38,096 nt of DNA from Basidiobolus meristosporus CBS 931.73 (lineage: Eukaryota > Fungi > Basidiobolomycota). The translations under genes were made by a program, and so were the position numbers. Below the pieces are notes generated by a model. The model was not told the DNA's origin. It did no database searches and worked only from the letters and a program-made list of their open reading frames with translations. Below are positions 31,658 to 38,096 of this stretch, piece by piece (within the stretch, counting starts at the first letter, position 1; every line of letters starts with the position of its first letter). The DNA lies in the NCBI GenBank assembly GCA_002104905.1, contig MCFE01000768.1, positions 1-38,096 on the forward strand, written 5' to 3'.

Positions 31658-34192
31658 AATAAGTAAGTCCGCTGTAACGCTCTGGTTTTGTGACTCTGGT
31701 GGGAACCCAACAGCTTTATACCTCTGTTCATTCACTGATTCCCACACATCCTGGTCTTCAGCTGGCACTGCAAGGTAGAGCACCTCATCTGCCAGTCTTT
31801 GCAATAAATCCTTGCAATATTCAAGTGCGTTTTCTTCAGCACTGTTCTCAAAGGAATGGTGAAACCTCTTGAGGTGCCAATTAATGTTCCAAAGTTCCAC
31901 TGAAGGTATTGCAATAGTTGTTCAAGCTCTTGATATTGTAGCCTTATCTGCCAGTTAGATCTCCACTCTGTCAATAATGGAGGAAGTAGCAGCTGTGGTA
32001 GACAAATTGCCTTTTTCAGCAAACTCAACTACCTTGCTGGAGTGTAGCTCAACTGGCTGTGCTTCCAGCTCTGGTGAAAACAGCTGTTTTCTTGCTGGCA
32101 ATTCTTCTTGGCTATGATAGGATTCAGTCTATTCTGGGCTTGCATTGTTAATTGGCTCAAACTGCAGTTCTTTTTGCATGACTTGCTGTCTCAGGCTTTG
32201 GTACACATATCTTCATTTACCATTTTCTTTAACACTGCCAGGTCTTTCACTGCTACTTTGTCTCAATGATACTTGTAATGTAATACATCTTCTCCTGGGT
32301 AAATTCAGCTCTGACACATCTGTTTTGGCCCTGCTTATCCCTTGCTGGCACTTTTCTGACAACCTGATATTTCTATTCTGCAAGTTTCAGGCTCTCAACC
32401 AAAGTTGTGATGGGCCCCTGTAAAAGCCGCTTGTTTTTATCATTGCCAGGTCCTTCACTGCTACTTTGACTGAGTGCCTCTTGAGTGGTACTACGCTTTT
32501 TCATTGATAAATGTTATGCTAATTCATCTGTGTCTGCCTGCTTGTCCCTAATTGGCACTCTTCCAGCTACCTGAAGTCTCTTTGACACTTGTCTAGAGCT
32601 TTTGGCCCTGCTTGTGACAGGCTCTTGAGGAAGCCGCTGATTTTTAGCCATAGTACCCTTGTTCTTTTGCCTTTGATAGTTACTGCTATTGTTAAGCTGC
32701 TCTCTTAGCATACCAATGCTGGAGCAACATCTATTTGCCCATTTGAATACAGGATGAAACTGTAGTGGGGTAACAGTGACACCCATTAACAGATGTGCTC
32801 ATTCCCTTATTTTCTACTTCCCTCTATCTCTACTACACTCATTTTAGTTTTATCCCATTTGTCTTACCCAATCAGTACTATCCCATAAGCCGGTTGACTA
32901 TCACACCTGCTTACCTTATTGCATTATTTACCCCTCACTTATGTAATATAACTAGCCATAAGTACTTCTATATTAGGCACAATGCACATGGAGCAAGTCA
33001 AGTGCATTCTGCTAGGCATTGAGCTCCTGATGGTCCCATGGTATCCTGGCCTTAAGTTGATGGCATGCTAGGCTTCTGACAGCCTCTTGCATATCAGCCC
33101 ACTCTTCATTATTGTACTGAACAGCTTCACAGATCTTCAATGTCTTTTGATTTTTGGGCTTTGTTATAAACACCACAATGTCTCCCCCTATGCTGTGATA
33201 GGTTTTTCTTTGGGCTTTATATTTGGGAACTGTTGTTGTGCTTCCAAGACTTTACAGTCTTTCACTGCTGTTACATTGGGATATGGCTTAAATCTTGCTG
33301 TGGCATTGAGCTACTTGAGTTCCTTCTTTGTCAAAAAGATACTGCTTTCTCTACCTGGGATATTGATTGCTGTACACATATTATCCACTCACTATGTTTC
33401 TGAACTATTTCCTGATTTCTTGGGTTACTGTATCTATTCTGTCAGCCACTGCACCTAATTGCTTCATTATTGCTTTGGTATGAGCTGACAACATACTTGC
33501 CAATATTGGTGGTGGTGATGTTATGACAGCCACTTGCTGGTCTTCAACCAAGTGTACTGTATTTGCTACATTCTCATCTGCCTTAGCATAACAGTCAGCT
33601 TGTGGCTCCACAGAGGTTCTCAATTATCTTCTTGACTGACAGCCTGGGGAGTCCACATTATCATGTTCAGTGGGCACACTGTTAACATGGTCTTTTTTGG
33701 ATGTAGCCCTGCTTGTTGCACTGAATGTCAAAGCAAGCTGTTGTCCATCTGTTCTTCCACTGCTGTCAGTGTGGGGTTTGTTTAGGAACCAGGAAACTTT
33801 GATTTTTTTTTTAGCAGCAAATGTATATGGAAGTGAGTAAAACCAAAGGGGAAATAGTGCCACATATACATGTGTATGTTGTGCCCAAACTTTACTAATA
33901 ATGCTTACTATTGCAGGTTATTATTAAATCTTACAGTTATGTAGGTTCAATGTCTCAAATATAAGACTGTCTTAAGTTCATATGAGAATTGACCACAAAG
34001 TGATATAATAGCCTTATGTTGTTGAAGGTCAAACTGTTTGCCCCATGGACAAGACTACTTTGACTCAGCACCGTAAGAGAAAAGAAAAAAGACCATGTAG
34101 CTATTGTAGCAAGCCTCTCAGCCCTGAAGTATGCAGACAGCATAGGAAATATTACAAGGATCATGGCTAGTTTTTTCCACCCAAGTCATATT
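31658..34192 (-). mobile_element. CMC copy e, inverted: ORF2 pseudogene (minus, ~33860-31660), intergenic region and transposase 5' end (plus, ATG at 34045)
   Basis: Reverse-complement similarity to 24745-27040; 34045 onward reads MDKTTLTQHRKRKEKRPCSYCSKPLSPEVCRQHRKYYKDHG*. Cut by Copia-2. Confidence 0.85.
32761..32979 (+). repeat. LTR-B 5' fragment inside CMC ORF2
   Basis: TGTAGTGGGGTAACAGTGAC... is the reverse complement of ~2746-2963. Confidence 0.85.
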
Positions 34193-34541
34193 TGTTGTAA
34201 AAATTTGTATTTCCACCTAAATATTCACCTAACTTAGTCACTTAGATCATTACCTTCAAATCCTAGAAAATACTGACCAAATTCCTTGTCGGGATTTACT
34301 TAAAATATTTTCACCAAAATACCAGGTACCCAGAACATGAAAATTCTCAAAGTTGTCCAAACAGCCCCAAACTTTGCACACATGTTCTTGGGACCTTCCT
34401 TAACCTATTCTACGTGTTTGTAATGCCAAGACCAGGTAAAAGTATAAATACCACTTTTACATTCAATAAATCATTAAGTGAAAACCACATAATCTACTTG
34501 TTCTCCTAATCACTTCCAATATCTCCAAGACTCTTACAACA
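34193..34541 (+). repeat. Copia-2 5' LTR (349 bp)
   Basis: Perfect 8-bp terminal inverted repeat TGTTGTAA...TTACAACA; TATAAA 34443-34448, AATAAA 34465-34470; PBS follows. Confidence 0.9.
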
Positions 34542-34553
34542 GGTTATGAGCCC
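34542..34553 (+). promoter_or_regulatory. Primer-binding site of Copia-2 (initiator tRNA-Met anticodon arm)
   Basis: GGTTATGAGCCC, identical to the Copia-1 PBS. Confidence 0.9.
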
Positions 34554-34572
34554 CAAGCTGTCACTCTCTGCA

Positions 34573-37500
34573 ATGTCTACTACTGCTATTACTGGAATTT
34601 TTCCCTCTGCTGAAAAGTTGGATGGCTCTAACTACCAAGTGTGGAAGGTGAAGATGAAGATGCTGCTACAAGAAAGAGGCCTTTGGGATGTTGTCATGGG
34701 AGAAGAATGCCCTCCTAAAAACGTGGGAGAGGAAACCTTAAAGTACCAGAAGAAAGAACAAAGTGCCTTTAACTGCATTTGCCTTAATGTCAAGGACAAA
34801 TTGCTAATTCAATGCTCAAGAGCAAAAACGGCAAAGAATGCCTGGAAGGCATTAGAAGACACCTACCAGTCATGTTCAGCTGCCAAGAAAATGTATCTGA
34901 GAAGAAAATTCTTTACTACAAAGATGCTGCCAGGAGAAGAAATGAAAAATCTAATTAACAGAATTACCCTGCTGGTAGATGAGATGGAATCTGTGGGCGT
35001 ACCAACTACTGATGAGGATGTGATAGTTACCATCCTGAATAGCCTGACAGACGAGTTTCAGGGCCTTGTATCAGCCCTAGAGTCCAGAACTGAAGATTTG
35101 ACCTTAAATTACGTATATGGAAGGCTCCTGGATGAAGAATTAAGAAAATCAAGCGCTAATAAGAAGGAAGAAGAAAATGCTTTAATAAGCAATGATAACC
35201 AACAAAGGAGGTACCCAAGACCCTACAAAGGCAACAGCAACCTATTTTGCAACTACTGCAAAAGGAAAGGACATACATCAGACCGGTGTTTCAGAAAGAG
35301 AGATTATCAGCAAAAAAAGCCTGAATATGGAAATGCTGCAACAACTGAAGATAGACTATTTGTATCTGCACTAAATATGACCACAAACAAGGATTCTCAG
35401 ACGTGGTATATTGACTCTGGAGCTTTGCAACACTTTACACACCAAAAAGAACTTTTTACCCAATATCAAGAAATTCCAATTAAGAAGGTTTTCATGGGTG
35501 ATGATAGAACACTTGATGCAGTGGGAGAAGGAACTATCCAAGTAAACCTTAGAAGCAGTGAAGGAAGCCATACACTGACCTTTAAAGAAGTACTCTATGT
35601 ACCAGAAATAGCCAAGAACCTACTCTCTGTAAGCAAGGCCACAGCAGAAGGACTCAGTTTCAGTTTTGACAATTCTGGATGCAGGATCACTGATCAAAAT
35701 GGTGCTCATATTGCTTCGGGCATCAGAGATCAGAATCTATACAAGTTGACTTATATTCCATCATATCTGGAAGCCAATATAAGTAACTTAAATGAAGAAA
35801 CACCAATGCTTTGGCACAGGAGATTTGGGCACATCAATTTTGTTTATTTGTGCAAAATGATCAAAGATCAGCTAATTTCTGGAGTAAAAATTGATCCCCC
35901 AGCTAATTTGGAGCACTGTGAAGCCTGCATATATGGGAAACAAGCCAGACAACCGTTCAAGAGCTCTGGGTTAATCAAAACTAAGAAAAAATTAGATCTA
36001 ATTCACTCAGATCTGTGTGGACCTATGCAAAATTTATCCTTAGGCGGGATGAAGTATTTATCACTTTTATTGATGATTATACAAGATACACATGGGTCTA
36101 CTTCATGGAGAGAAAGGAAGAAGCTCTGTCTAAGTTCAGGGAGTTTAAAGCCATGGTGGAGAGAGAAACTGGTGAAAAAATCAAGAAAAACGCTCTGAAA
36201 ATGGTGGAGAATATACCTCCAAACTCTTCATCCACTTCTGCAAAATTCATGGGATAAAGCAAGAGACTACTGTACCATACTCCCCACAGCAAAGTGGAGT
36301 AGCAGAACAAGCTAACAGATCAATAATTGATATGGCAAGATCTATGATCCATGATCAAAAATTATCCTATGATTTTTGGGTGGAATCAGTTGCCACTGCT
36401 GTATATCTTAAAAATAGGAGTTATAACAGAGTACTTCGTGATTCTACTCCATTTGAAGCATGGTATGGATACAGACCAAGTGCAGAACATCTAAGAATAT
36501 TTGGGTGTACAGCATATGCCAAAAAACTGGCCGGAAATCAGTCAAAATTTGAGCCAAAAAGTGTAAAATGCATATTTTTGGGCTACTGCAATGAGAGTAA
36601 GGCATACAGACTCTACAATACCAAAGCAAAGAAGCTGATCAAGTCCAGGGATGTGTTGTTTGATGAAAATTCAAAATTTTCACAAAAAATGACATCAGAT
36701 GATGACAAAAATTTGATCTCAAGTCCACCAATTGTCAGGATTGAATCAGAGCAAAACAATGAAATTTTTTCACTCCAGAGGACTCTACAACCGTGGTTCA
36801 GCCAGAATCAGTGCCCAGGAATATCCCAGTAAGTGATCATTCCAGTATCAAATGCCCGGAGATCAAATCGGACAAGAAATAGCCCAAATTACTATATTAA
36901 TGAGGGTACAAACTTAGCCTATGCCTATTCAGTCCATATTGATGAACCCCAGACTGTAAAAGAGGCCCTAAATAGCCCTCAGACAAAGTTTTGGAGATCT
37001 GCAATGACTGAGGAATATCAGGCCCTGATGGAAAATCAAACTTGGGACTTAGTCAAATTACCAATCAACCAAAAATCAATTGGATGCAGATGGGTCTTCA
37101 AGACAAAGTACAAGGCTGATGGTACAATTGAAAGATACAAAGCAAGACTTGTAGCCAAAGGATATTCTCAAACAAAAGGACTTGACTATACTGAGACCTT
37201 TGCACTGGTAGCCAAGTTTAATTCCATAAGATTTATATTGGCTATTGCAGCCAAATATAAGTTTTTTATTCATCAAATGGATGTAAAAACTGCATTTTTG
37301 AATGGAGAACTTGATGAGGACTTGTATATGGACCACCCTGATGGGTTTGTTGACCAAGATAACCCCCATTTGGTCTGCAAGCTTAAAAAGTCTCTATATG
37401 GTCTCAAACAATCACCAAGAGCCTGGAATTGCAAGATAGATTCTTATTTGGAATCTTTGAGTTTCAAAAGGAGTAATGCTGACTATAGTATATACTATAA

Positions 37501-38096
37501 GCCAGATAGAGCAAATCCAGTTCTATTAGCTCTATATGTAGATGATCTTATTATAGCCACCAATAACCTAGAAACATTGGAAGAGACTAAATCCAGCCTA
37601 TCTAAGGAGTTCAAGATGTCCGATCTAGGAGAACTCAGTTACTACTTAGGGATTAAGTTCTCCATAGACAGAAGTACCCAGACTATTACCCTAAGCCAAT
37701 CCAAGTATATTCAAGATATACTAAAGAAGTACAAAATGGAAGACTGTAAACCGGCAGCTACCCCAATGGAGACAAACCTTAACTTGGTCAAAACTCAACC
37801 AAATCAAGAGAGCTTGGTGCCATCTGAAAGCCCTGACTTTCCTTATCAATCTATGGTCAGCAGTCTGATGTATATCATGCTTGGAACACATCCAGATATC
37901 TCATATTCAGTGGGAGTTGTCAGCCAACATAATCAGAATTATGGATCTGATCATATTGCAGCAGTTAAGCGGATTTTTAGATACCTAAAAGGAACTGCTG
38001 ATATCTGCTTAAGATACACTTATAAGGATTCAGAACAGGATCTTGTGGGATACTCTGATGCTGATTGGGGACGAAATCTAGAAGACAGAAGATCCA
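34573..38096 (+). pseudogene. Copia-2 gag-pol pseudogene (partial at window end)
   Basis: Gag, zinc knuckle CNYCKRKGHTSDRC, WYIDSG, WHRRFGH and integrase with -1 frameshifts near 36058 and 36188 and a TAA at 36830-36832. RT (LYVDD) is then open to the window end. Confidence 0.92.

Larger units (their letters stand above)
34193..38096 (+). mobile_element. Ty1/Copia element Copia-2 (damaged, runs off the window)
   Basis: 5' LTR, PBS and gag-pol in Copia order; protein closely related to Copia-1 but with an unrelated LTR. Confidence 0.95.

Noticed and set aside
1-38096. Classical CpA-to-TpA RIP; rRNA, tRNA or prokaryotic genes
   Set aside because: CpA/TpG remain abundant while CpG is lost, so the pattern is CpG-centred. 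No RNA-gene or operon-like signal was seen; tRNA-like words are primer-binding sites.

Overview
Eukaryotic (probably fungal) transposon-dense DNA with no intact host gene. Almost the whole window resolves into nested mobile elements whose ends and target-site duplications (TSDs) can be read directly. (1) A young, intact Ty1/Copia element at 14512-19197 has two apparently identical 369-bp LTRs, a GAGTT TSD and a 1305-aa gag-pol ORF. (2) It sits in the RNase H of a decayed Ty3/Gypsy element (family B, ~12557-31080). That Gypsy also hosts a full-length CACTA/CMC DNA transposon (20727-27499; CCCTA termini, AT TSD, Tnp2-type transposase plus a divergent unknown ORF2) and a 1.26-kb solo LTR. (3) A second, collapsed Ty3 element (family A) spans 1458-4618 with an ATAC TSD. 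(4) A damaged second Copia starts at 34193 and runs off the window. (5) At least five more remnants of the CMC family are present. (6) There are three copies of a foldback element, the largest with 347-bp arms around a 40-bp loop, with AAT/ATT TSDs. (7) One AT-rich pseudogene of a Na+/Ca2+ exchanger (CaCA) lies at ~11.0-11.9 kb. Old elements have lost almost all CpG, consistent with CpG-methylation-driven decay. The most unusual items are the foldback family with co-varying arms, the CMC ORF2, the exchanger pseudogene, and a shared TATA-(16-18 nt)-AATAAA spacing in four unrelated LTR families. All alignments and counts were done by eye; inner boundaries of decayed pieces are approximate.
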